The notes under the pieces were generated by a model, which ran no database searches, was not told the origin of the DNA, and saw only the letters and a program-made list of their open reading frames with translations. DNA of 64,000 nt, from positions 23,500,001 through 23,564,000 of the forward strand of contig CM059432.1 of the NCBI GenBank assembly GCA_030390025.1. Reading direction: 5' to 3'. The stretch is from Squalus acanthias. Its lineage: Eukaryota. Positions 13,055 through 24,954 of the stretch are shown piece by piece; the stretch's first letter is position 1; every line of letters begins with the position of its first letter. Made by a program: the position numbers and the translations under genes.

Positions 13055-13442
13055 GGGTACGGTAGCATAGTGGTTATGTTACTGCACTAGTAATCCAGGG
13101 CCTGGACTAATGATCCAGAGACGTGAGTTCCAATCCCACCACAGGCAGCTGGGGAATTTAAATTCACTTAATTAAATAAATCTGGAATTAAAAAAAAAAA
13201 GCTAGTATCAGTAATGGTGACCATGAAACTATCGGATTGTCGGAAAAACCCATCTGCTTCACTAATGTCCTTTAGGGAAGGAAATCTGCCGTCCTTACCT
13301 GGTCTGGCCTATATGTGACTACAGACCCACAGCTATGTGGTTGACTCTTAACTGCCCTCTGCGGTTCAAGGGCAATTAGGGATGGGCAATAAATGCTGGC
13401 CTTGCCAGCGACGCCCACATCCTATGAACGAATAAAAAAAAA
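13055..13442 (+). mobile_element. tRNA-derived SINE with a LINE-derived 3' tail
   Basis: A box TAGCATAGTGG, B-box-like GAGTTCCAATCCC; tail CAAGGGCAATTAGGGATGGGCAATAAATGCTGGCCTTGCCAGCGACGCCCACATCC + poly(A). Confidence 0.85.
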
Positions 13443-13449
13443 TCACCTC

Positions 13450-15323
13450 GGGTGCCTGACTTCTGAGCTGTGTTGTCTATTCTTGTGTTTCTGTGAAGCA
13501 GATCCCTGTGTTGGGAGTTGGCAGAAGGCTGTGGACCTTCCACTGAGGGCACCTGAAATGGTCCTGGTAGGCGACTTCGAGGAGCTTTGGGCACAGAGGA
13601 CCCATCTGCAGACTGCTGCATCTCAGCGGTGGCTGAGGCAATTTGGCTGTTTGGCACCAACAAGGGCATTGGTTGAGAAGCTGGTGGGGTAGCAGCCTCT
13701 CCCATGGTGCTGCTGCCACACTCATGGGTTCAGCACTCCCACTGCCACTGCTTTGCCTGTGAACAGAGTGCAGGAGTGATGTGAGGTTCTCAAAGCTTCT
13801 TTCCATAGTCTTCCTCATTGCTTTAAACCAAGAGGAGATGCCAGCAGTCTGAGCTCCCAGCGAAGCTGTCAGCTGTCACTAGCGGCTGAGGCCTCCTCGA
13901 AGGGCCAAATGGCCTACTCCTGCTCCTATTTCTTTATGCTCTTATGTTCTCCTCCTTGCAGTGTTCACAGAGCTGACCATTTTGCCCCGATTGACTGCAG
14001 TGTTCTGATGGCCCTGCTCTCCATGCTCTGTGCCATGGTGCTAAGGCTCGCTGGCAGGCAACCAAGTGCACCTAGAAGTTCTTGGTGTATAGCTATCAAT
14101 CATCTTCTACACTCTGGGCCCTCTTAAAGTCCACATCTGTGTCCCTGCAGCAGTGTAAGGATGTGGCTCTCCTTTCAGTGAGATGCTTGCTAGGCTGCCC
14201 TATCCCCCTGGCCTTGCTCCAGTTGTCTAGTACTTGGTGTGCTTCCTCGTGCTGACCCATCTAACCTCGGTCTAATCTCGTGTGCCAGTCTCTGAGCTGA
14301 TGTCTGTAAGGGTAAGGTTGACTGATGCTTCCTCTTCAGTGTGCATCTCTCCTCTTTCTCTGCTGCCTCAGGGCCCTGTAGAGCTACTGGACCTGAAATG
14401 GAAGAGAAGTACAATTAGTGGCAAGGGTAAGCAGAGGCAGATCAATGGCTGCTGAAAGCAGCTGCACTTTATCATGCAGAGTGTGTAGTGCTACATTACA
14501 GTGAGAAGCGGAAAAAAAGGGTAAGAGGTGCAGAAACCCTACGGGATGTGTCCTCCAGCCTCGTCAGTCAGTGTGGGCCTGATTCGCTCCCTGGCCATGA
14601 TGTCCAGGACCTCTTCTCTTCTTTAGTGGGAATAGGACATGGATATATACTCGCCTTCCTCCTGTACATGCCTGCTCCCGGGTATTGTGTGTCAACTTGT
14701 CCTGGAAGAAAGAAGGGCGTGTGTTCATGGTAGCCTAGTAAGATGTACACATACAGGTTAGATATATACTTGAAAAGGAGAAAATTGCAGGGCTATGGGG
14801 AAAGAGCAGGGGAGTGGGGCTAATTGGGTAGATCTTTCAAAGAGCCAGTACAAGCACAGTGGGCCGAATGGTCTCCTTTTGTGCTGTATGATTCTGTATC
14901 TTGATGATGTGTATGTCATGGTAGAATAGTGTGAATACTCTGTGGGGAGGTGAGGGACGTAATAGTGAAGAGAGTATCAGGTGCGGAATGTGAGTAGAAG
15001 CAGAAGGAGGTGGAGTCAAGTGTGCTGCAGTGATTGGAGGAGAGTGAAAGGAAGCGGGGTAGTGAGGGTAAAGGTGGTACAGAATTTAGGAGAGAGTAAT
15101 GCGTGATATGAGTTAAGAGTCATACCTTAGCAACTCTGGTCAGGTCATCAAACTCATTGCAACCAGGTCCTCCTCTGCCACCTCTTGCCACTGCTACTTG
15201 ACTGTCTTGAGACCCTTCAGCCCCTGGTGGGAACAAGACCATACTCCTGTGGGCCGCCTCCACCAAGACTCCCAGTGCAGCATCTGAGAATCTGGGGGCC
15301 CTCACAGCAGTTGTTTGTGACAT
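13450..15323 (-). pseudogene. Harbinger Myb/SANT-like DNA-binding protein pseudogene, 3 exons (approx. 15323-15126, 14701-14540, 14392-13450)
   Basis: MSQTTAVRAPRFSDAALGVLVEA...FDDLTRVAK then GTATGA donor; TTCTTCCAG|DKLTHNTREQACTGG; CATTTCAG|GPV; same layout as the gene in element 2. Confidence 0.75.
14750..14898 (+). mobile_element. CR1 3' end fragment inside intron 1 of the Harbinger Myb gene
   Basis: CAGGGCTATGGGGAAAGAGCAGG...GGGCCGAATGG...GTGCTGTATGATTCT. Confidence 0.8.
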
Positions 15324-15949
15324 TTTCCAAGTCTGTACAGCAATTGGCAGTAAACAGCAGCCAAAGTACACCTCCCCTTTAAGAGGTGTAGACTGCCTAT
15401 AAATGGCTTCAGGGATGCCTGATATTCTCGTCCTTCTCCCCATTAGGCGAGCTGCTAGTGGACAGCACGAGTAGCACTAGCAGTCCACTGATTAGGCAGA
15501 AGGACCAATTTTTCAATTTAATGACACCTACATGATTGGCCTCTTGATGCATGTGCAGCACCGATTCAGTGACTGAAAACAGGTGCTGACCAATTTCTCC
15601 CCCTGGGAGTTCACTACTGAGCCTAACTGCATATTCAACCCCCAGTTGTGCCAAACCTGAGGTTCACGTTCCACAGCTCTGCCAAACCCCAGGTTCCCCA
15701 CCCCCCACAGAAATGCCAGATCAAAGAGGTGGGTTTTAATGAGGGTCTTAAGGGGTTACCCCTCCTAATATCCCCATTTTTGGCTCTTGTCCATTTTTTC
15801 CTCAATGCCTTTATGAAGTGTCTTGTTGCATTTTTGTACTTTAAAGTTTCTATATAAATGCAGGTGGTTGTTGTTGGTTATTTAAGTGTTGCTTTTACTT
15901 TAAAGTGAGTTTGCAAAGGTTTAAAATCCACCTTACACCACTGGAGCAA

Positions 15950-16608
15950 TCCTTATCTGCCGTCCAGACACGCCTTGGCGCACCATCTTGCCGTCCGGAG
16001 GAGGCGGTGCTCCCCAATGGAGGGCTCTCTATGCGGGAGTCCACCCTTTATCTATTGGGGTCTTGGCCTGGAGGTTGTTGCACGGAGCAGTCCCGTGCAA
16101 TAAAGTTTTAAGTAGGTTCACGGACTCCCAGGCCGCCTGCCCTTTCTGCGGCCTGGAGGAGTCCAGGTTCCACCTTCATATGGAGTGTGAGAGGTTGCAG
16201 CCCCTCTTCCATTATTTGAAGGGGCTGCTCCTCGATTTTTGGCTGCACTTCAGTCCCACGCTCCTGATCTTTGGTCACCTAGTGCGGAGGGGAGCGGGCT
16301 GATCGGGGGACCTCCTTGTAGGACTGCTCCTGGGCCTGGCCAAAGTGGCCATCAACTGGTCCAGGCAGCGGGCGGTCGAGGGGGTCGTTCGGCCCGACTG
16401 CCTGCCTCTCTTCCGCGGCCACGTTCGCGCCCGGGTGGCGCTGGAGATGGAGCACATGGTGTCCGCCGGCACGCTCGAGGCCTTCCGCGACCGGTGGGCA
16501 CCGCAGGGACTGGAGTGCATCGTCACCCCGGAAATAGAATTTTAATTTGATTTGTTCAGTTTCATTTAATTTTTTTTAAGTTACAATTTATGGGTTGCAA
16601 AAAAGAGC
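15950..16608 (+). mobile_element. Tx1-clade (L1 group) retrotransposon 3' end, 5'-truncated
   Basis: AWRLLHGAVPCN...CPFCGLEESRFHLHMEC zinc-knuckle C-terminus of Tx1 ORF2; tail AAAAAAGAGC; perfect 15-bp TSD ACACCACTGGAGCAA (15935-15949, 16609-16623). Confidence 0.9.
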
Positions 16609-16782
16609 ACACCACTGGAGCAAAGAGCGGATTGGTATGTTAATGAGCTCACCTGAGCGGTAATGAGCAGCCACTGAAACTGTTACCCTTAACAATCTGC
16701 AAAAGTAGGGAATAAAAACAAAAACTGCTTAAAAAGACTCAGCAGGTCAGGCAGCAGCTGTGGAGAGAGAAACATATTTAAT

Positions 16783-17080
16783 TGGCCTAATTTTAACAGC
16801 CCAAAATGGGTGGGTGAGGGGCGGGACATAAGTTAAAATTTAAAATATCTGAACCCCGACCCTAACCCGCCCACTTCTGGGTTTAACAGAGGCGGGACAA
16901 GGGGATCAGACCCCTGGGGTTGTGCATCGGAGCTACATGCTCCTGCGGCCTGCTTCGGAGTCCTTCCTGCCCGACTGGAAGCCAAGCCCGTCAGTGAGGC
17001 TGGCTTCCAGGAGGCGAGCCTGTCAATGACAAAAGATGTATGCTGTCGACTTCTATGTTTCCCGTCCGAAACTCCGTCCC
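16783..17080. mobile_element. Truncated Harbinger-type MITE end
   Basis: GGCCTAATTTTAAC start and AACCCGCCCACTTCTGGGTTTAACAGAGGCGGGA, nearly identical to the copy at 63663. Confidence 0.6.
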
Positions 17081-17082
17081 CC

Positions 17083-18198
17083 TGTAAGTGGTTTTTGATC
17101 CTAGCCCAATTGCTAGACGGACGGTTCGAATCGCCCCCGCCTTACGAAAGTTCTATACCCGGGAATTATTATTCAGAGTGTAAATGAAATAAGTCACGGA
17201 CAGGAATGCTTTGGTGAAAAATCGTACTTATATTTATTTGGTCTAATATACACTGGCTAAAACATGCACTACTAAACAAAATCACTGTCTCTGTGGAGAA
17301 TAAGATCCAGGTTACAAACAACATACATACAGTACCCAACTGGGGACTATAACATGCAGTTATTCCCTTGTTGCTATGGTGGACTCTAATTCCACCCCTA
17401 CCAACGAATTACCCAGTCGCATAAGCCCCTTCGCCTGGCTGAACCAAACGAAGCTTCCACCCAAAAAGACTTCACTTCTGAGAAAATATCCGGCTTGGGA
17501 CACTCGAGACCATGCTTACCACCACACACAGTCGGTCTCGATCGCTCCGCTCAGCGGCTTCTTCCTCTGGTACTTCTTCTTCTTAGGTCGATCTTGGTGG
17601 AGCGAGAGAGAGAATGGTGGAAAAGGATCTATCTTCATAGGAGTCTTGCTACCCCTATCTTTCCTGCCAATCTTTAAAATCTTTTGTTTCTAAGCACTCC
17701 GGTGCTTAATCAGTGATGGGCCATCATCAGACCCATGAGTATTCCGTGATTGGACTAATGGCCCTAAGTCTGGGACATATTTCTGTCTTTGTGTTGGGAA
17801 AAACTGGCTCCTCTTTGGCTGGCTAGGCTAGTGGGTTCATTGTTCTGCTTCTCTTCTGAGATGGAGGTGAGAAGTGCTTTTGCATATTAGAATGGCTTTC
17901 TAATAGGTTCAAGTTCAACGGGTGCCTCAGGGTCCTCAGCCCCTTCGTCAATGGCCCCCCCTTCCTTTTTCCAGGACTGTCGGGCGAACCCATACATTCT
18001 GGATGATTGACAGTTCTTTTGTCACAGCCAACTGCCATGCGTTCTCTGGAGTTTTAAACCAGTTTTTCACGTATCTGCACAGGGCGATCCCATCACAGGG
18101 AAAATACCCTCAGAAAAATCCCATAAAGTCCACAAAATATTCTCGACTGAGTCCATTCTTCAAACAGAGACTTTGCGATCTCTTCACCCCTGCCTACA
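17083..18198 (-). mobile_element. Probable solo LTR (Gypsy/ERV type)
   Basis: TGTAAG...CCTACA ends; minus-strand AATAAA ~150 nt from the 3' end; CpG-retaining, non-coding; no TSD, PBS or PPT found. Confidence 0.45.
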
Positions 18199-18959
18199 TA
18201 ACCCAATAATATCCAGGTCAATGACCTTTCATTAGAACATATTTTGCTTCAGTCTGTATTTACACTCAAGGTTGGGAGGAACTAAAGTCACACCTACACA
18301 GCATGAGGTGCGGAAGTGGGAAGAGAAGTCATTGCAGGAGGTTCTCTGGCTACGTTCTGTTAAGACATTTTAGATTGGTGGAGGATTTGATATGACTGGC
18401 TTTCTTTTTAAAGATTTGCATATGAGCCTATCAGAGGCAAGAAATTAGCCTGGAATAAATTTCCCTATAATTTGATGTGACATAAATATTTATGTAACAC
18501 AGATGTAACAGCTGCAAATACACGTACTGTTTTTATTAAATGGTGGACACAATGTGAACGATAGGTCTACATTTCATACACTTCTAGTGAACAGCTAACA
18601 ATCAAAATACAACATTAACCTGGCTTCCTCCATCGCAGATGTAGCAATGAGGGAAATTCTCAAAGGGAGCATTAATAATGGGATCAGAATCAATAAAAAA
18701 AAACCTGATACTGTTAGCTAACAGGAGCAACAGCCACATTGGAATCTGGCACCAGACCAGCTTCTTAACCTTTGAGCACTGAATTTCCATTGAAACTCTC
18801 CTAGACACACATCTTCTGTATCCTGCAGCATCTGTGAAATGTTTTTGTATCTCTTGATTTGTCATGCTGACTTTTAGAGTTGTCACAAAGTGTTCGTGTT
18901 ATGAAAGCTTCATTTATTTGACATGTATATGGATTGTATGTTAAGATCAAAGACTGGCC

Positions 18960-19105
18960 TCTGTCTCTGTTCTCCTCGCCAGACTTACGAAGCTGAATTT
19001 TAGTTTCTCGTTCTCGCTCTTGTGATCTCTGTCTCTGTCGCTTTCGATCATTCTCTGTCTGTCTGTCTGTTTCTCACCCTCTCTCCTGTCTCTCTCTTTC
19101 TCTCT
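18960..19105. repeat. CT-rich compound microsatellite (TC/TCTG)
   Basis: Visible low-complexity pyrimidine run. Confidence 0.8.
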
Positions 19106-19679
19106 ACTAATTTCAAACTCAAAGACTTGCAATGCTTTGAAGATCTGAAAACTAAGTGTATTACCGTCCCACTGAACAGGCATTTCTAAGCAAATTACTC
19201 ACCTTGTTGTAGGATTCAAATACCTTCGACATTCAAATAAGTTGTTCGGGAAGCCAATTGAAGCAGTCTGTATAAATGGGTTCAAGAAGCAATTACATGT
19301 GTTCCTGGAGAGAAAGCGGGTTGAGGGTTATTGGGAGAAGGTGGATCGATCTGTGAGATAGGGAGATGTTTGCTGGACCTAACAGCATTGTCCTATTTCT
19401 AAATATTCTTTCATTATTATTTTAAAAAATTCACAGAAACCAAACATGGCTTGCAACTAAAAAGCAAAATATGACACTTTATTGTGGTGCAGAAATGCTG
19501 TTATTCTAAATAGTGACATGGATTTTACATTAAGCTTTAATTTGCATTTTGCTTTCAATTGTCAACTATTGGCTGTAGTTCAACATCACAAAAAAACCTC
19601 TGACATGAACCCTATAGGGCATTTGGAGGTGAGCAGATGGACAGCATGTAATCAAGTATTTGTTGGGATTTGAATCATA

Positions 19680-20075
19680 TTTTGGGATACAGATGGCATG
19701 CGCTCTGTCTAATGTGATCCAAAGCAGACAGACCAGGAAGAATCCAAGTGCAATCCTATGTTGAGTTACTTGATCCCAGCCAAGGTGACAGTGGAATGAT
19801 ACAGTTGGCTTCAACTCGCCTGAGCTAGATAGGAAGGGAAAAGCTCAGCATGTGTTCCAGCTCTAGATTGCTTTCCAGTGACTCTTGGTGGAAAGTACAC
19901 ACGTGTGAACCTTGGGTTAGAATAGGACCAAGCTTGATCAACTGACGAGCTCGCAAACCCTTACTCTTCACACATTAAAGAATAGTCACTCGAGTGAGAA
20001 CTGAAGGGGTGCTGGGAGATGTACTGTAGTACTAGCTGGCGCCTTCAAGACAGGTGGGGAGAAAGTTGGTGGGGA
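19680..20075 (+). mobile_element. Old SINE-like repeat copy
   Basis: CAGACCAGGAAG...TGTTGAGTTACTTGATCCCAGCC...TTGCTTTCCAGTGAC motifs of the family. Confidence 0.5.
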
Positions 20076-20279
20076 CAAAAATGCAAAAGAAAAAAATAGA
20101 GGTGCTGCCTAACTCCATACAGACTCCAGCATATATATAGTTGAAGTGCTTTTATCAGCGATATGGAAATCTAATTCACACGAGAGTGATTTATTTCATA
20201 TCAGTCTCTAACATTAGAAGCAAGTGTTGTAAACTTCAAAGGATGTTACAGTATCCAGTGTACTGTCTAACCCTGGGTA

Positions 20280-20582
20280 TGTGGTGGTTATGATACTGGA
20301 ATAATAAGTGGAGATTGTGAGCTCAAACCCCAGCATGGCATGCTGTGAAATTGAATTCGATAAATCTGCTAATTTGTGGACTAGCACCAGAGAAATGACT
20401 AGGAAAGCTGCTGTTTTGTTGTAAAAACCCCAGCTGGTTCACTGATGCCCGACAGGTAAGGGACCCTGCCACCTGGTCTGGTCTACATGTGACTTCATTT
20501 CCAAAGTATGTGGATAACTCTTCATGCTCTCTGGAAAACTAAGGATGGACAATAAATTGCCATCCCAAGAACAAATAAAAAA
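20280..20582 (+). mobile_element. Decayed copy of the 13055-type tRNA SINE
   Basis: GTGGTTATGATACTGGA head; GTAAAAACCC...GGTTCACTGATGCC...CCTGGTCTGG core; GGATGGACAATAAAT tail. Confidence 0.65.
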
Positions 20583-20779
20583 TTGACATACTAAAACTAG
20601 AAAAAGAACCATGAAAACTGTCATTATCATAAAAACACACAGATAATCATTAATGTCCTCCAGGCCACCCATTCTGGCCGTCGTGTGACTCCTGTCTCTT
20701 AATGGCCTTGGAAAAGCTTCGCTCAAGTTCCAAGAAGAAAGTTAAAAATTGTTTACCACGAGACTTGCCTCAAGTGCTG

Positions 20780-21558
20780 GCACAAAATGCCAGGCAATGA
20801 CCATCTCCAACAAGAAAGAGTCTGATCACCGCCCCTTGACATCCAACGACATAACTATCGCCGAATCTCCCACCATCAACATCCTGGGGGTCACCGCTGA
20901 TCAGAAACTTAACTGGACCAGCCACATAAATACTGTTGCTACAAGAGGAGGTCAGAGGCTAGGTATTCTGTGGCGAGTGTCTCACCTCCTGACTCCCCAA
21001 AACCTTTCCACCATCTACAAGGCATAAGTCAGGAGTGTGATGGAATACTCTCCACTTGCCTGGATGAGTGCAACTCCAACAATACTCGAAGCTCAACACC
21101 ATCCAGGACAAAGCAGCCCGCTTGATTGGCACAACATCCACCACTTTAAACATTCGATCCCTCCACCACCGGCGTACCGTGGCTGCAGTGTGTCCCATCT
21201 ACAAGATGCACTGCAGCAACTCGCCAAGGCTTCTTCGGCAGTACCTCCCAAACCCGCGACCTCTACCACCTAGAAGGACAAGGGCAGCAGGCGCATGGGA
21301 ACACCACCACCTCCAAGTTCCCCTCCAAGTCACACACCATCCTGACTTGGAAATATATCGCCATTCCTTCATCGTCGCTGGGTCAAAATCCTGGAACTCC
21401 CTCCCTAACAGCACTGTGGGAGTACCTTCACAACAAGGACTGCAGCGGTTCAAGAAGGCAGCTCACCACCACCACCTTCTCAAGGGCAATTAGGGATAGG
21501 CAATAAATGATGGCCTTGCCAGTGACGCCCACATCCCATGAGCGAATACAAAAAAAAA
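20780..21558 (+). mobile_element. 3' end of the second CR1-group LINE with poly(A)
   Basis: ORFs match the C-terminal part of 5694-6686 (KCQAMTISNK, KLNWTSHINTV, IQDKAARLIG, KSWNSLPNSTV). Confidence 0.9.
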
Positions 21559-21567
21559 CTTGAAAAG

Positions 21568-22028
21568 AAAGAACCTGCTTTTATATAGCACCTTTCACGA
21601 CCTCAGGACGTTCCAAACGATTTACAGCCAATGAAGTACCTTTGAAGTGTATTCACTGTTGTAATGTAGGAACGAGGCAGCCAATTTGCACAAGGCAGGA
21701 CCCCACAAAGAGCAATGTGATGATGACCAGATAATCTGTTTTAGCGCTGTTGGTTGAGGGATAAATATTGGCCAGGACACCTGGGAGAACTTCCCTGCTC
21801 TTCTTCGAAATAGTGCCACGGGATCTTTACGCCCAACCGGAGAGGGCAGACGGAGCCTCCATTTAACATCTCTTCCGAAAGACGGCACCTCCGACAGTGC
21901 AGCACCCCCTCAGTACTGTACTGGAGTATCAGTCAGAATTTGTGCTCAAGTCTCTGGAGTGGGACTTGAACCCTCAACCGTTCTGACTCACAGGTGAGTG
22001 TGCTACCACTGAGCCACGACTGAAACCT
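21568..22028 (-). mobile_element. SacSINE1-like Deu-domain tRNA SINE
   Basis: Reverse complement of the 38110 copy. Confidence 0.85.
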
Positions 22029-22523
22029 GATACTAAAAACGCAATACTCTCCACTGGGCCTTGACGCTGTATTTCCAATACAACTTCTCTTAATGTTGAT
22101 GTCAGGTGAAGGAGCTTTGCATTGATACTACAGTTGTAAATGTAGTCTTCGATTCAGGTGACTTTACACTTGAATTACATTAGAGTTGGCAATGATGCAG
22201 GGTCTGAACCCTATTATATCAACTAAACTCCATCCACCACCTTTGTGCACTCTCTTTTACATACTTCTATTTGTTGCTGGATAATTTGTTGTTCTTATGC
22301 TCTTGTTGTTAGGCATCCTAATAATCATTAGCCCAGAATTTGCTGGAGAGTGTGCCCTATCAGTTGGATTTTTTCCCTCACCCTTCAGCTCAAAAATTGT
22401 TGCTTTTTGTTGAGCACTGCAAATCTCACTATCTGCCTACCTATTATCTCTTTCTATCTATCTATCTATCTGCTGATGGCCGCAGGATCCCAGAGCTGAT
22501 GGGTTACAGATGGAAGCCTAGAG

Positions 22524-22718
22524 CAGCGGTTCCCAACCTTTTCCTTCATGCGGACCACCAGCCGTTTAAAAATTGCTTCTGCGGACCACCAGCCGTTTAA
22601 AATTTTTTTAACAGCCTATGGCTGACGGGAGTCAAACTTATATATTTTTTTTCACGGACCACCTGCAGTACCCTCGCGGACCACCAGTGGTCCGCGGACC
22701 ACAGGTTGGGAAACGCTG
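22524..22718. mobile_element. hAT (Charlie-like) MITE, 195 bp
   Basis: TIRs CAGCGGTTCCCAACCT / AGGTTGGGAAACGCTG (15/16); perfect 8-bp TSD GCCTAGAG. Confidence 0.92.
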
Positions 22719-23294
22719 GCCTAGAGGCATTTGGAGCAGCAGTTCTACTGAAGGCCACGGGCGAAGGCTGTATGAATATCACTGCATATAGAAGTTGTAT
22801 CCAGCCCTAAAAGGCCAAGTCTTCAATAACTTTAATGACAATGCTTGTTAGTTACAGTAATGCAATCAGTTTGAAGCAAGTGTGACATTTATTGCTGCGG
22901 TTTGATCAGAGAAAGTGGCTTGCATTCAGATCAATCCTCTTAGTTAAGTTATTTCTGCTTTGGGTAGTACTTATGTATGTTGTTGGCTTATGGCCATATT
23001 TCCCATTGGAATAATTAAATGTGAGCCACAACCATGCATTACACTGTGAATGTATATTATTGGTGTAGTGAAACACATTGGGATTATCAAATGTAGTGCT
23101 TGATTTATATTTATGAAAAGTAATAATGGCCCTCAGATAAGTGCTCAATGAAACACTTTAGTGGAAGAGATGCAGCAATGTGAGTAGTATGGGAGGATTT
23201 TTTTGGTGATAGTATGATGATAGTATGATGATTGAAATTGTTAATGTAAAACAAGCTTTTAAAATTCCTCTGATGGTGCATTCGTCAGTGTTGA

Positions 23295-23630
23295 CCTGAG
23301 TCATATAGACCAGGAAGGTCCTGGGGTTCATTCCACAATCTGTGCTGAGTTAGCTGATCTTATTCAAGATGACAATAACTAGGTCAGAAACCATTTTTTT
23401 TTGAATGAGGTTTCCATTCCTGACAGCTACCCTGCTGGAACATGCGTACATGTCTCTCTGTGCTGCATAGACTTTGGTTAAGGATGGGATTGGGCTAAAC
23501 TTTGATGCTTTGCTCCCCCTCTTTCATGGCCGAATACCTGTGTTGACATTCACTGTCTCAGCCAATTGGATGAGGTCCAAGAAGACCGGCATGAATTCCA
23601 GTATTTCAGCCTCTTCAGGAGAGGAGTAGG
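23295..23630 (+). mobile_element. Old SINE-like repeat copy
   Basis: AGACCAGGAAGGTCCTGGGGTTCATTCC...TGTGCTGAGTTAGCTGATCT...CCTCTTCAGGAGAGGAG. Confidence 0.6.
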
Positions 23631-24359
23631 GATAATTGCTGCCGACTGCCACACACCAGCTCCTTGCACTTACACGCATCGGCTGGGAAATGCAGTGCTG
23701 TTTTGTGCCTTCTTACGTTCTCATTATTGTGAGATTCAACAAATATCTTTCCAGTCCATCTGTACAATGTCTTGTCTGGCTAAAGGTAGCCCCCTTTCCT
23801 TCCTCACTCTACTATCGCTCAATCCGGCTCCATCATCCAGGTTTCTCCATCCATCCATTTCTCTCTCTCCTATCTTACTTTTAATTATTTTATTGCCAAA
23901 AATGCTGATGCAGCTGCAGAAGCAGTTCCCTTTCCACATCAATGATTGAGTTCTTCAAAAGAGAATATTCAGAGAGACCTTCTTAGTCTAAGTGGCCCAA
24001 TACCACAGCACTTGAAGCTTTGCACACTAAGCCGTGAGGGCTGCCAGTGCCATTGCTAATTTTTCTGTTTTGTTTTTTCTTTATTGATGGAATGTTAACT
24101 TCTTTTCCTGCGGCTATTTTCCTTTGCAGTCGTCCCTCCCAAACCGTATATCCCTCCTCTACCCCTGGCTTCGGTGCCTCCCTGCAACCGCTGAGTTGGG
24201 GCTCAAACGTACACCCTGTTAGTGCTGCAGCATACGGCTGGGCAGAGTGGCAGGAGGAAGGTTTGCAGCTCTCACGGTGACTTCTCACAGGACGAGTTGT
24301 TGATCGTTACCTGTTGCTTCATCGGTTGGGTGTACTGAGTAGAAGGAGAAGAAGAAGGA

Positions 24360-24825
24360 GACTTGCATTTATATAGCACCTTTCACGACCACCAGTCATC
24401 TCAAAGCGCTTTACAGCCAATGAAGTACTTTTTTTGGAGTGGAGTCACTGTTGTAATGTGGGAAACGCGGCAGCCAATTTGCGCACAGCAAGCTCCCACA
24501 AACAGCAATGTGATATTGACCAGATAATCTGTTTTTTTGTTCTGTTGGTTGAGGGATAAATATTGGTCAGGACATGTGGGATAACTCCTCTGCTGTTCTT
24601 CGAAATAGTGCCATGGGATCTTTTACGTCCACCTGAGAGAGCCGACGGGGCCTCGGTTTAACGTTTCATCCAAAAGACAGCATCTCCGACAGTGCAGCAC
24701 TCCCTCAGCACGGCACTGGAGTGTCAGCCTAGCTTTATGTGCTCAAGTCTCTGGAGTGGGACTTGAACCCACAACCTTCTGACTCCGAGGCGAGAGTGCT
24801 ACCAACTGAGCCACAGCTGACACTG
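24360..24825 (-). mobile_element. SacSINE1-like Deu-domain SINE
   Basis: Full-length reverse complement of the 38110 copy. Confidence 0.88.
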
Positions 24826-24954
24826 AGTACAGCCAATGGAACACTCCCTCAATACATCTCTGGAGTGTCAAATTCCTGGAGTGAGGCTTGAACCCGCTAC
24901 GTTCGGAGCCAGAGCTCAGAATGCCAGCAACACAGCGAAGCTGAAATTGAGAGC

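Larger units (their letters stand above)
10922..15603. mobile_element. Degenerate full-length PIF/Harbinger transposon (element 1) with later SINE/CR1 insertions
   Basis: Imperfect TIRs GGGGGTGAAACCGG / CCAATTTCTCCCCC enclose a + strand transposase remnant and a convergent Myb/SANT gene remnant; TSD not clean. Confidence 0.8.
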
